DNA of 62,930 bases, filler included, from Reticulomyxa filosa (taxonomy: Eukaryota; Protista; Foraminifera), in assembly GCA_000512085.1 (NCBI GenBank). It is 20 parts of 20 records of this genome, joined end to end, with 100 filler letters (N's around TTAATTAATTAA, not from the genome) between each part and the next. Parts side by side here need not be neighbours in the genome. Positions count along the whole stretch, not along the records: positions 11,278 to 14,621 come from ASPP01021012.1; positions 14,722 to 18,375 come from ASPP01008620.1; positions 18,476 to 19,945 come from ASPP01022590.1; positions 20,046 to 30,146 come from ASPP01025865.1; 16 more parts are not named here. One strand, given 5' to 3'. The notes below the pieces were generated by a model. It saw nothing but the letters and a program-made list of their open reading frames with translations, ran no database searches and was not told the DNA's origin. Shown piece by piece: positions 11,476-24,059 of the stretch; position 1 is the first letter of the stretch; each line of letters opens with the position of its first letter. The translations under genes and the position numbers were made by a program.

Positions 11476-12951
11476 TTACAATTTACATTGCATAATATCT
11501 TGATGCGTTTTAAATTTCAAAACTCTTTGGAGAGCCATTTGCAAGCCTCTGAGCTCGCACAATCCCTTAAAACGCCCGTATAGCGTGTAACCAGGATTAA
11601 TTGCAACTTTGAGCACATTCTTCATGTAAAAATCATGGAGCATGATGTGCCCGTGATCCGGCCGTAAGCACACATCAAGACGATCGTCAGTTTTGCTTTC
11701 GGCTCTATGTTTCATTTCATGTAACAAAATGTTCATGACTTCAAACATGTCCACATCTCCGCTCAAATGATTGCTTTCGACAAAGGTTCTGCGTTGGGAT
11801 GGATGTTTTGCAACATTTCTCAAGTGAACAAAGTTGACACGGTCTTTGAACTTTCGTGTAATTTCAACAACATTATTATCTTCACGAGAAGCGTAGGACC
11901 CCACGCACAAAGTAATACCATTTCTCTTCGACTTGACAGAGTCTATAGCAAAAAAAAAATAAAAATAAAATTGCAAGCACTAAATAAAAAAAAAGACCCA
12001 CATAGTGAAATGATCAAAACAAAACAAACTCAAAATAAAGTCCAAGTCTTGTGCAGTGGAAACGATTCTCGGGATGCCCAAGATATCAAAAGGTGGATCG
12101 TCGGGATGCAATGCCAAATTGACGTGATACTTTTCACAAACGGGGACAATTTGGCCTAAGAAATATAACAAATTATCGCGCAGCTGTTGTTTTGACACGT
12201 CGACATAAAGCGACAATTGTTTCTTAAACATGTCAACCGAAGAGTCATACTTTGAATTGACGCATCCCGGCATCCCACTGATAATTGCATTTTTCAATTG
12301 CTCGACCTGTTTGGGTGTCATTTCGTGTTCAAACCTTTGCTTCGCGGCAGATATTTCCTCCTTCGAATATCGCTTCAAAAGTTCTTTCTCATCGAATTGT
12401 AATATGAATTGTTCGAACACACACAAGTCAATGTAATCAAATGCTAACGCATACGTATTGTCTTCACATTTGTATTCCAATTGTGTGCGTGTCCAATCCA
12501 ACAAGGGCATGAAGTGAAATGCCACATAATGCACTCCGCATTCACTCAGATTTTTTAGGCTTGTTGCATAGTTTTCGATCAACTGATTACACTCGTCCAC
12601 CGATGCTTTGTTGTCCTTTTTTCGCAACTTTATCGACTCATGCACCGGCACGCTCTCCACTACCAACCAACGCAGTGCGTTTTTCTCTATCTCTTTTTTA
12701 CGCTCCATTATTGCCTTCTTGCTCCAAATATCTCCTACTGGAATGTCGTGCAGTGCTGTCACAATGCCTTTGCATCCCGTTTGACGGATCTCGTCAAGTG
12801 TTACTGCAATAGTTTTTGTTCAAGTTTCTGTTTAAAAGAAAACTTTTCTTTTGTTTGTTTTTTTTTGGCTTTGGTTGTGAGGGGAAAAAAAATTCCAGGA
12901 AATACCAGGATCATTGGGACCGAACCATCGCATGCTCTCTAGAATGGACAT
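11476..12951 (-). CDS. uxuA: Mannonate dehydratase, 3 exons
   Basis: Exon 1 (12951-12906) reads MSILESMRWFGPNDP; intron 12905-12804. Exon 2 has VTALHDIP, VVESVPVHESIK, FMPLLDWTRT and LALHPDDPP; intron about 12029-11944. Exon 3 has NGITLCVGS, FVHLRNV, LRPDHGH and NPGYTLYGRFKGL. These are UxuA hallmark motifs. Confidence 0.96.
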
Positions 12952-13669
12952 TATTATTATTGATTGCCAGGCACCTGTTTTTTTTTACCCCCTTTTTTTT
13001 TACAGACAAAATTGTTAATATAAGAGAGCATTCTCTTCCTATTATGGTAGTATTTAATCCCTATTATTATATTTTTCTAGTTAGTATTCCAATGAAAGGC
13101 TTTGCACAAATTTTTAGCAATATTTACACTAAAAAGAGACAGCACTACATTTCGCAATCATTTGATTACATATATACTTAGTATTACATAATGCATCACT
13201 TTAAGTGTTTTATAACTTTTAAAGTCCCTTTTGTTGAAAAGTATGTTTGTTAGAAGCCGCTTGGTTGTTTAGGAAGAACAAGAAATTGGTTGACCCCGCC
13301 CTTTCGCAATTTGTTATCCATGACATCAGACTGTGAGTATTTCTTTTTGCATTACAATTCAGCCCACACCAACAATTTTTGTATTTGGTTGTGTGTTTTA
13401 GGTTTCATATGATACAATCAACTCACAGGCTGATTTGTTTGGTGCGAACTGCTGGACGAAATTCAAACACAAATCGCCATCCTTTTAGGTGTTTTTTTTT
13501 TTTTTTGATCTTGAGTGTGCACAATGCAACGTGGAGAGTAAATGAGAAAGAGAAAAGAGTAGAGAGAGATAGAGAGATAGGGGAAAAAAAAAAAGCAGTG
13601 CAAGAATTGCTACACCTTTTTTTAAAAAAAGGGGACAAGATTTTTTAAGAAATTTCCAGAATCTTTCGT

Positions 13670-14621
13670 TTTCAGTGCACGAAGGGAAAAAGCAAAGGCA
13701 AACAAACAAAAAAAATAGGTCAATAGACACTGAGCCAACAAACGGACACTCGCATTCAATAGTATCAAATTTTTGCTCCTCAAAGCGAGGAGAAAGGCCA
13801 TCAAATACAAATGTATTGAATGAGATAAATAGTCACCTCGATATAGTTTCGTCCGCAACAAATACTTCCAGCGTGCAGAAGAAGCGCACATTTGATGGCT
13901 TGCTCAAGTTAAGTCAAGAGGAATGCATGTATGTTTTTTTTAATGAGTTAAAAAAAGTGGGGAGAGAGAGAGAGAGTCGCTCAACAAAATGTAAAAAAAA
14001 TAAATAAATTAATACATATATATATATATATAAATATATATATATATATGTATTAATTTATTTACATTTGTGTAGAAATAGATTTGTCAATGGGTCAAGT
14101 GTAGACCCTCAAAGTTTAGATAAAGAAAAAGACACAACAACGGCCACAGGAACAAAAAGTGGACAAACGAAAATGAAAAAGCAACAGCCGAAAGAACTCT
14201 CATCAGATATCTCCAGAGACAAGAGAAATCCATCCTCTCGTGTTGGTCGCTATTCATCGGGCAATCTCAGAGAGGGCCAAAAAAATAAACTCAAGAAAAA
14301 GAACACAGGGCTTCCCATTCCTCCCATATTAACGAAAATTGATCAAAAGTTACAAAATAATGAACAAGTCCACTTGAAAGAAATGAACACCCTTTGGCAT
14401 CATTGCCAAAGAATTCGAGCAGATTACTGGAAAATTTGTCAACCTTTGGTTGATCAATGTTTTGATGTCCATCTGCTGTACCTAAAAACAGGTTGGTTTG
14501 TTTATTTTGTTCCGCTATTCTACATTTCATATTTCATATTTCTATTTCTGTCTCTATCTCTTGTTTCTTATGATTCATGAAAGTGACGTTGTGAGTAATT
14601 TTTTTTTTTTTTTTTTTTTTT
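13670..14621 (+). CDS. Hypothetical protein, spliced, partial
   Basis: Coding-like exons at about 13720-13927 and 14082-14491, separated by a (TA)n intron. No recognisable domain. Confidence 0.5.
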
Positions 14622-14721
14622 NNNNNNNNNNNNNNNNNNNNNNNNNNNNNNNNNNNNNNNNNNNNTTAATTAATTAANNNNNNNNNNNNNNNNNNNNNNN
14701 NNNNNNNNNNNNNNNNNNNNN

Positions 14722-15087
14722 TTTTTTTTTTTTTTGATTATTATTCGTATTTTTTTTTTGGTGTCTTTTTTTGTTATGAACTTTTTTTACACTCTTTTTT
14801 TCCTTCCTTCCCCTCTGTTGTTCTTTTTTTTCTTCTTTTCTAACCTTGACAACAAATAGCTTTAATGATTTTCGGTCTTGTGACATTGCGCAGCCCAATG
14901 CCTCTTCAAAGTCCTCTTCGCTTGACATTGTGATTCGATCCATTTCCACATCTTCATACTGAAGTTGGTACTCGTTGCGTTTCAGTTCAAATGTCTTTTC
15001 GACAAACAACATCAGTTCTGCATAACGATTCTCCTTTGGTTCATGCCAAAGACGAATATCTTTCCCAAATATCACTTTTAATTTCAT
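14722..15087 (-). CDS. PB1-domain protein, 5' part
   Basis: MKLKVIFGKDIRLW carries the conserved Lys and DIR. LQYEDVEMDRITMSSEEDFEEAL is the OPCA motif. LKLFV closes the domain. Confidence 0.85.
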
Positions 15088-15367
15088 TTCTTCTTTTTTA
15101 TTTTTCTTCTTTAGATTTATTTCAAGCTGATTATTACGCTTAAAAACTTTTTCTTATTTTTGCGCTCCCCTTTTTTTTTACAGAACACCCAGGTACATTC
15201 AATATTGGAAAACATGATTGAAAAAGCTTGGACAAAAAACTGGCCTTTAATCAAGTAAATTTCTGTCCAAACAAGTAATTACACTTTTTTGAACTGGAGA
15301 AGTTGGTATACTTGAAGAACGTGAGAGAGTTTTTTTTTCTAGTGTTGTGTAAGGCCAAAACAGCAAA

Positions 15368-16906
15368 ATGGTGAAAAAATTTTCTGACAATGTGTTGAAT
15401 ATATGTTTTAATGGCCAAGCTGTCATAGCAATTTTGATATTGTTATGGCAAGATTTTTCTCGCCGTCGTAAAAAAAACAACTACAGCACAGGACGACACA
15501 ATATTGACCACAGATTTTCATTGGACCATTGGTATTATTTATCAGTGTTCGGAATATCAATGGCATTGTTGTTGTGTAACATATTTATTGTATTTGAAGC
15601 TCACAAATTGTATTGGAGTGTGTGCGTAGGAGTGCTGTGGATGTTATTTTTGGCAGTGGACTGGGTGATCACTAATTTGGTAACAGCGAACCTAACTCCC
15701 TGGGGTGCAGCGAGTATTACATCAAAGCTGTTGATAATAATAGGAAGCAGTTTATTAATAATCAACGAGATCCTGTATATTTTGCATTACTTAGATAAGA
15801 CCAGTATAAAAATGATCAGCAATGCCAACAAAACAGTGACACCAAGCCAAAGCCAATCGGACCAAGACTCAGGAGATCAAGAGACAAAAAGAGATCCAGC
15901 GACAAAGCACCGCTACGCATACGACACATACATGTATGCAAACGTTGGGATTTTCTTAGCTGTGGACTCATACCTGGAGTTTCTGTTTGCCAGAGATATC
16001 AAATTTATTGCTTTTCACCATTCCACAGTGTGTGCAGGTATATCACACACAAAATGTTACAACCTTTTTTCTCTTAGGTCACACCCAATCAGAAACAGAT
16101 ATCTCACCTCTCACCCAATCAAAATTTTTTGTTGTTGTTGTTGTTGAAACTTTCCAGGAATTCCAGGATTTTTACGACATTTTGATAACATGTGCCTTCG
16201 TGCGTTATGGGTGGTAGTAAAATGGGTGAGTATGATCGTGGCGTTGATATGCATAGCATGTAGCGGGTCACGTGAATACAAGCAAAGTCCGTATTGGGAT
16301 GTAATCTTTCCGATTGGGATTGAATTGTGGTGCTTTTGCTTATATTGTCGCATGCAGAGGAATCGTCCACCAATGCCTTTTCGTTCTTGTGTCCGTCCTT
16401 TGTGGAGAAAACTAGTCATGTTTTTTTTCCAAATCGCATTCAAAAAATTCCAAGCATCGCATCCACAACATCCTGTTCCTTATTCCACGTGGGAAGAAAT
16501 GGATATTCGACGACAGAATTCAAGGCAAACCCAGATACGCAAATTGCAAAGTCGTCAGTCGAGAATCGAACAACACGTGCAAATGCAAGAAATGGTGAGA
16601 TCGGCATCTTCTTCCCCACCTACTGATACTGCCACTGCCACTGCCACTGCCACTATTCATACGAATAATACTGCCATTGCCACATCCGAGGAGCATCTCA
16701 CTATGGTTGACGATCACTCGCCCGCGGGTGACTCGGCTGCAACGCAGTCTTCCCTGGCCGATGACAAGTCGCCGTCAACTCAACCAACTTTGGTTGATAA
16801 CATAATTCCACAATTGCATGATGCGACTGATCGCGATGCTGATCATGACGACCTTCCTCAGGGACATAACTATGACAATTTGACCATTATTACTGATAAC
16901 CATTAA
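15368..16906 (+). CDS. Orphan seven-transmembrane protein with a long disordered C-tail, 2 exons
   Basis: ORFs 15368..16147 and 16190..16906 are in the same frame and are joined by a 120-nt GT-AG intron at 16038-16157. About 7 hydrophobic segments by eye. Confidence 0.75.
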
Positions 16907-17795
16907 TCATATCATACTTTTTTTTTTTTTTTTTTTGTCAGACTTTTTTTTGTATGTGTGTGTTTTTTTGTTTGTTGTTTGTTTCCTTTGAAATCTTTTA
17001 TATCTTCTTTTTTTTTTTATTATTGTCTGTATATTGTAATGTTGCTATAAGCATTCTAAAAGTTACAAGGGATGGAAATCACTTTTTTTTTTTCCTTCTC
17101 ATTTTTATTTGTCTTCCATGTGCATTGTTGTTCTTCAACCAGCCAATCTAATGTGATATAAAACAATCCCACGTTTTCGTGTTCACAACGAGGTACTCAT
17201 CTTCTTTCTGAAATTATTTGAATCGTTAAACAGTATCTAAAATAAACTTTGTAATCCATGAATTTTATGTATCTTTTTGTCGCAGTGCGACGCTGATCAC
17301 TAAAAATGCGATTAATTTAAAAAATGGGTCGTGAAACGCATCAAAAAAAAAAACCAACGTTGAATGTTATTTTATTCTTGGCAACAATTCTGTAATACAG
17401 AATAAATAAATACAAAAGAATTTAATCTATTTAAAACGAAAAAATTCTAAAGTTGAAATTAGACATTGACGCTACTTAGAAATACTTTCTGCAAAAGAAG
17501 AAAGAAAGAGGATTAGAAGAAAAGAAAAAAAAAAGTTTATTCTGACCTTATAGTTAATAGTTAGTTAATCACATCCTTTGGAAAGTGCGTTATGTAAGCT
17601 GCTCAAACATCACAAGAAAAAAACATCGACAGCAACAATAACAAAAAAAAAGCTACAAATCTCTCCTTTTTCCTTGCAACAGAAAGCAATGAACAAAATA
17701 CAAGATCAAAAAAAAGGAAGAGAGCAAAAATACAAATGCAAAAAAAAAAAAAAAAAATAATTTTGCGTAAATTGCAAAAAAAAAAAGCGTACATT

Positions 17796-18375
17796 TCAAA
17801 AGATAATGAGAATGACGCCAATGGCAATAGCCAAACTAATGACCCAACAAAATTCTACGGGATTCATTTCGTATATTCTCATCCAAGGTTCTAGAAGCAT
17901 ACGTTCAAAAGAGATGCGATTGATGCCCCAATAAAAGAAAAAGAATTCGATGCAACAAGCAACACCAAGTTGGGTGGTGGCTCTAGGTCTAAAGTGGTCT
18001 CTCAACACGAGGATGACTCCTAAAACGAAGGTAGTAACAGTGACCAAAAGCCAGCTGATGGTGAACTCGACAGCATATCTCTCTCGCCATTCAAAGAACG
18101 TGTGTTCGGGCCAAATATGAAAAATCTTTTCTAAAGCGAACTTCAAGTACTTGGTGACTCCATCTCCGCTTTGTTCGCTTGTCCACATAAAGTAAGGTTG
18201 CGAAACAACAACAAGAGGAAGGATGATCACAACCATTACGTGGAGAAATTCAATCACCGCAAAAGTCAGCCAAGGAATGGGATAAACAATGAACATGTAC
18301 CTTTGCAAGATAAAGTACATGCTCGAGCATAAAGCATGGCATACTAATTCAATTGATATTTCATAATCATAACTA
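17796..18375 (-). CDS. Multi-pass membrane protein, 5' partial
   Basis: The ORF is open from the contig edge and has 4-5 hydrophobic segments. Confidence 0.7.
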
Positions 18376-18501
18376 NNNNNNNNNNNNNNNNNNNNNNNNN
18401 NNNNNNNNNNNNNNNNNNNTTAATTAATTAANNNNNNNNNNNNNNNNNNNNNNNNNNNNNNNNNNNNNNNNNNNNAAAAAAAAAAAAAAAAAAAAAAAAA
18501 G

Positions 18502-18891
18502 GACGATCTGTTTCGCGAACGATTATTACAAGGGGTGCCACTATCCATTTGCTTCAGCAATAATAATGAGAACACAAACGAGAAATATCGATGGAACAGA
18601 GAAGCATGGAATGGTTACAACTACTGTGATCCAATACCAAGCAATTTGATCTCACAAGAGACTGGAAAGCCGTTGACGAGTTCTCAATGGTTTATTGTGT
18701 GTTACAAACAAGCTATCACTTTTATTCAGAGGCAATACTCGAAATGTTGTCAAGAACCTGATTCCACCAAGAAACGCCTTTATACTCATGTTACCAACGC
18801 AACTAGCAAAGATAATGTTCGCAAAGTTTTTTGGGACGTTCAAAATATTATCGTTTCATCTAATCTCTATCAACAAGGGTTTCTTACTTAA
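18502..18891 (+). CDS. Heterotrimeric G protein alpha subunit, last exon
   Basis: DDLFRERL...PLSICF...AITFIQRQY...LYTHVTNATSKDNVRKVFWDVQNIIVSSNL matches the G-alpha region from G4 through G5 and alpha5. Confidence 0.9.
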   Translation, partial: DDLFRERLLQGVPLSICFSNNNENTNEKYRWNREAWNGYNYCDPIPSNLISQETGKPLTSSQWFIVCYKQAITFIQRQYSKCCQEPDSTKKRLYTHVTNATSKDNVRKVFWDVQNIIVSSNLYQQGFLT

Positions 18892-19676
18892 ACTTTTTCT
18901 TATTCCTTACTTTGTTCATTTATTTGTTATATTCATTGCTCCATTGCTTTGATTTATCCTATAAAACAACTTGCAAAAAAAAAAATCTTATGATATGTTA
19001 TCGTATCTTTTTTATTATTATTTCCATTTTTTTTAAAATTTTTTTTTTCCCCCACCTTACCGCCCTTACTCTCTTCTTTTCATTTTGTGGTTGAAAAAAC
19101 TTTGTATGCGTTCCATCAATATGCCCTTGAACGCACTAAAATTTCTCTGCTGGTAGTTTTGATTTAGGTGATTTGGAGCCATACTCCTCCACATTTTCTT
19201 CTAACCTTTTTTTTCTTTTTTTTTTTTTTTTGCACTGGTTTGTATGTGTGCTTTTTTATCATATTTTTCCTTTTAGTTATCCCGAGCAAAAACATTTTTC
19301 AATTCCAACAAGGTAACTCAAGCACTCTTTTTGTTTGATTGTTTGTCCATTTGTAAAATTTTTTGATTCTGTTCTGTCATCTACTTTTCCTCCCTTCTTT
19401 ACCTTTTTGGAAGTTGTTTCATATTTAGACCGTTTTATCGCATTGGTCATTATAAATTTCTTTTTTTTTCCCTTTTATGGTTGTGTTTACAAGCACTAAG
19501 TTACCAAGATGTCTCGAATATTCAACTTTTTTTCGAGAACAATATTTTTGGACAACGTTGTTTTCGAAGATTGAAAAGTGGAAAGACGCTTTTAACCGCA
19601 AAAGAAAAAAACGCGTGTAACAAACTGTACCTTTTTTTTTTTCACCTTAGTTTAAGGAGAGCAATAAAAAAAACCA

Positions 19677-19860
19677 ATGGATACAAATAAGGGTAGTGCA
19701 GACCTGTTTCCCACAGCAATCAAAGTCCTAGTGCACAATGTCTCGCATGGTGACTTGTGTATGAGTATCCGTTTTGTGTGTTCTGGTCCTAGTGACAAAG
19801 GAGACCAAGACACAGTAACAGACGAGATTATGGCGCGCCCACGATCATCCCGCTTCAAAG
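19677..19860 (+). CDS. Hypothetical protein, first exon, partial
   Basis: ATG ORF KVLVHNVSHGDLCMSI...MARPRSSRFK, followed by the donor GTACGA. Confidence 0.45.
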
Positions 19861-20045
19861 TACGAACATGAAAAAAAAAAATATGTATGACTTTAAAAAA
19901 GGCAAGCACAATGAAAACGCCCTGGAACAAAAAAAAAAAAAAAAANNNNNNNNNNNNNNNNNNNNNNNNNNNNNNNNNNNNNNNNNNNNTTAATTAATTA
20001 ANNNNNNNNNNNNNNNNNNNNNNNNNNNNNNNNNNNNNNNNNNNN

Positions 20046-23000
20046 TTGGAATTGGAATTGGAATTAGGATTGATTTCAACGTGTGCAGCCAAAGATGTGG
20101 TTGATTTATTGCAACACTCGACAAGATCGATAGATTGAGGATTGTCACGTTTTTGAGAGAAAGCTGTCTCACCTTCTATTCCGCTTTTCGTGTTAGATGG
20201 CAACAGTGTAACTCCTGTGACAGTCGCGGCACTCAAGAGAGAGTGTGGCGTTGTGGAGGGTCTATTATTCTCGTCGTTGTCATGCTTTGTCAGCATTTCC
20301 GAAGGAAGAGCGAGATTAGAAGGATTGACTGTGACAAGGGCAGTCGATGTGTGCACGTTTTCGACATTGACAACCACAGTGATGCCTATTTCGGGTGTTC
20401 TATTGGTAATATCAATAGCTGGTTCCTTTGTCACAAGCTTGGAATGGACATTGCCATTGCCGTTTGTATTTGTAGTCGCATTTGCATGTGTATTCACTTG
20501 CAGTGGTTTCTTGTGCATGGGCAGATGCTCTTTTGGTGTTGAAAGCTCCTCAGTGTCGAGTAATCCCATATTTTCGGCATCGTCTTCATTTTCGTCCGTG
20601 CTGTCGTTCATATCGGCGTCCATCCTTAAGATATCTGTGAATCACATGGCAAGACATATATTTGATAGCACACAAAAACAGGCACGACGAACATAGGACA
20701 TACCTGCGCTGGTGGCACTCATCAAGCGCGGTGTATACAAGCTATCAATGCTCTCTTGCTTGGAGTACGCAGACATGATTTGTCCGGCTCCAAAGTAGGC
20801 ATCGGATCGCGTGACTTCAAACTGTTCTTTGGAGTGCAGCGGTGGCAACGAGGTCAATGGCGGCATCGCCGTCTTGAGTGGTCGTATGAAGGCATGGGAT
20901 GGCAGCATGGGTCCCTGACGCAGCATCTGTGCGTTGTGCTTCTCGTCATCGCCATCTTCGAACAAAATTGCGTGTCGACTGGCTCGATAACCTTCGACAT
21001 AAGCAGGACTCTTACTCTCGAAATACGTGTTGGTATGATTGCTTTGCATGCTCGCTTCATTGGATTTGCCAGGACGAGGGCGATATTGCAAATGGCGACG
21101 TCTGTCATAGCCCTTTATCGATACTGTCTCAGTCCAGCGTTGCTGTGCTATGTTGTTGTCGTCGTCGTCGTCGTCGTCGTCATCATCATCATTATGTCCA
21201 CCCTTGTCGTTGTCGTGCTCGTCATCATCACTTACGTCGTTGTCCTTGTCGTTTTCATTGTCCCCATCGTTGTCGTCATTGTCGTTGGTTTCGAACATTG
21301 CGTCGTCGACGTCCTCGCCCTCGTTCATATACACACGACGGCCCACCAATAGGACATCACCTCCGTCCTCGTCGTGGTCGAGTTGTGTCATGTGTTTCTG
21401 CTTGCTGCTTCTGACATGGCTCCCTCCTTTTCCTGACGACTCGTCCAAGTACCATATTCCTTGCACGTCCAATTTCCAATTGTGTTGACGAGCGGCTCTG
21501 ATCCATGTTTTGCGAAATCCTTTATAATTGTGTGCATATGTAGCATATGTAATACGTATAGCAAATATAATACATATAGCATATATGCATAGGACAAAGC
21601 ACAAAGGGAATATTTGAAAAAGAGAACAAAACGGAAGATGGGGGTATCGAAAAGACGCAGTCCCAACCAAATGGTAAAAAAGGCCAAGGTCAAATGGACG
21701 ATCATCCAAACGATAGAAAACGTGACGAGTTTGTGACGATACGGAGTGCCATCGCCACTGTGGATCGAACCGTCAGCAACAACCGTGACGAGGACGAAAA
21801 AGCCCAAGACGTATCGCAGACAGCACTCTACCAAGAGCTGATGTTTCCAAAGATAGCCTTGCTGTTGCACATTTGTAAGCGCCGGTTTGGCCCATACGTA
21901 AGACATCAACGACACATTTGCGATCACAAACGTGTTAAAATAAAACAGAACGTTGCGCAAGATCCAAGCCAGCGCTGGTTCGATGTCTAGCACGATGAGC
22001 AGTGGATGCAGTAGTTGTGACCACAGATACGTTTTCATGGTGTAATTCCAGGGATGACGTGGCAGATAGTGATGGACATACCATATGTACGTATGACACG
22101 CAGCACTGCAACAATTACTTAGTGATCCACACACAAAGCCAGTAATGAATACGCTATTGCTCCATATATTTTGCAATGGACTCGAGTTCATGCCTATGTA
22201 CACCGACCACAGCACATAGGGCATGGCACGCAGCAACATGTCAAATGTGAACAAGTACACCCATTCGTAAAAATGATCCGCCGTCACGTCGTTGTGGCAT
22301 TTCGAAATCTTGTTTTTTTAAAGTAATTGGGCAGATAGCGATAGGTTTCATGTGTCACGCCGGTATACATAATATTGACGATTGACACGATCAATGAGCT
22401 CCACACCAGCACGGACACTACACCATACGATTCCTTATTTTTCAGTTTATTCGACATATTGTCACTAAAAAGCCTATTTATTTTTTTACAAAAATGGTTT
22501 GGACATTCTTCTCCCTCTTTTGCGAGATCACATATACACAGATATAAATATGCGAAACATGTGATGAAACAAGAAAGCGCATTGGACAATGGCCATCGGA
22601 AACGAGTGGAAATAACAGTGCATATGACACAAATCCAAAAATGCACTTGTCAGGCCATGCCGAAATTGGGATATATTGATAATATATTGCTCGATAATCC
22701 CAAAGTGGCACAAATGCAAAAATGACTTTATTGCGGCGAGTGACAATATTTTACATCCCTCGTGGCAAGTATTGATGGTATGCTCCATTTGTAAGTCATT
22801 GTTATTCTTATTGTCATTGTCATTGTCATTTTTTTCATCGATGATCTCGTGGTTCTCTTTGTCTATTCTCTCATCACTGTCGACGTTGGTCGCGTCTATG
22901 TTGTTTCAACATCAACCAAACGAGTCTCATATCAGTGTGAACACAACACGATCCAAGTCACAGTAGGACATGGACAGACAGACACAACAAAAAGGAAGTC

Positions 23001-23626
23001 GATGCAAATTCGAAAATGTGACCTCCTTTACGAGTTTCTCTTTCAAACAGAGACAAGAAGAACATTCACAAACTGTCATTGTAACTTTGCTGTTGGCTTT
23101 CATGCTGTGGAGACAATTGACGAAGAGTCGATTCCGAATCTTCATCACACGTGGTCGTTACTACATTGGTGCTGTTATTATCTGGCACTGGCTCATCCTC
23201 ATTGCAGTTGACGAATCCTTCAGGAGCCGTTACCAAGGCAGAGGAATACCTAGACCTGAATCGATACAAATGTGAATTTTGTGCCACGTGGACGTACGTG
23301 TTAAGATTGGTGAATCCCACATATCGATATTGCAACAGGATATGCACCATTGAGTTACACTTCCAGCAACAATATAAAAACTGAAAAAATAACGAAAAAA
23401 ATAAAATTAATAAACAAACGGAAAACCATGCCTCGTATCCAAAATGCCTAAAAATGTACATCACAATCAAACTGGTAATCATGTCTACCACAAACAATGC
23501 CATTAATATTGTCGCACGAATTGTTGGAGAGAAGCCTGCATTTAGCGTCGCGTCTGCTTCCGTACAAGCAAATTTTGCCAGTAGTGGTCGATGATACACT
23601 TCTTCATTATCACTTCGGAGAGACAT
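20046..23626 (-). CDS. XK-related-like multi-pass membrane protein with a long acidic, low-complexity C-terminus; multi-exon, 3' partial
   Basis: Reconstructed exons give FVVDMITSLIVMY..GYEAWF, HSFPMAIVQ, SSLIVSIVNI and further TM segments. Introns at about 23074-22897, 22571-22523, 21657-21522 and 20703-20635. One frameshift in the A-run near 22315. Confidence 0.55.
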
Positions 23627-24059
23627 GTCACTGCTTATTCACATAATTCTTGGTTTATATCAAAGATGAAAATTTCGTTCGGCTTTCACCTGTCAGTTTT
23701 TACCTTTTTCTATTTTAAGACAAAAGCGTTTTGAAAAATCTCTGAAATCTGTTTCTTCAAACGTACACATTTTCAGCACAAAATATCCTTTGAAATCCTG
23801 GATCTGTAGAATTGATCGCAAATTTAAAGAATTGGAAAATTTTCAATTTTGAAAGTAATTAAAACTCCAATTTATAAGCCGTTCTTTCCATGGCCTTAGG
23901 AGTACATTTCCTACAAAACACTACACACATTGCAGGGAAAATCAATAACCCTTAAAACACACCAAGAAAATTCGCAATCTACCTCACTTTCCGTCGGTAT
24001 AATTTTCAATTTAAAAAAAAGCAAAGATAGAATGTTTTTTGGGATAAAAAGGGGGGTGT

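Noticed and set aside
16130-16160. In-frame TGA after CCCCC between two same-frame ORFs, suggesting selenocysteine or readthrough
   Set aside because: It lies inside a clean 120-nt GT-AG intron (16038-16157). The Cys run is a (TGT)n microsatellite.
15368-18891. 7TM protein next to a G-alpha gene as a receptor-G protein locus
   Set aside because: They are separated by the artificial linker at 18376-18475, so linkage is unsupported.
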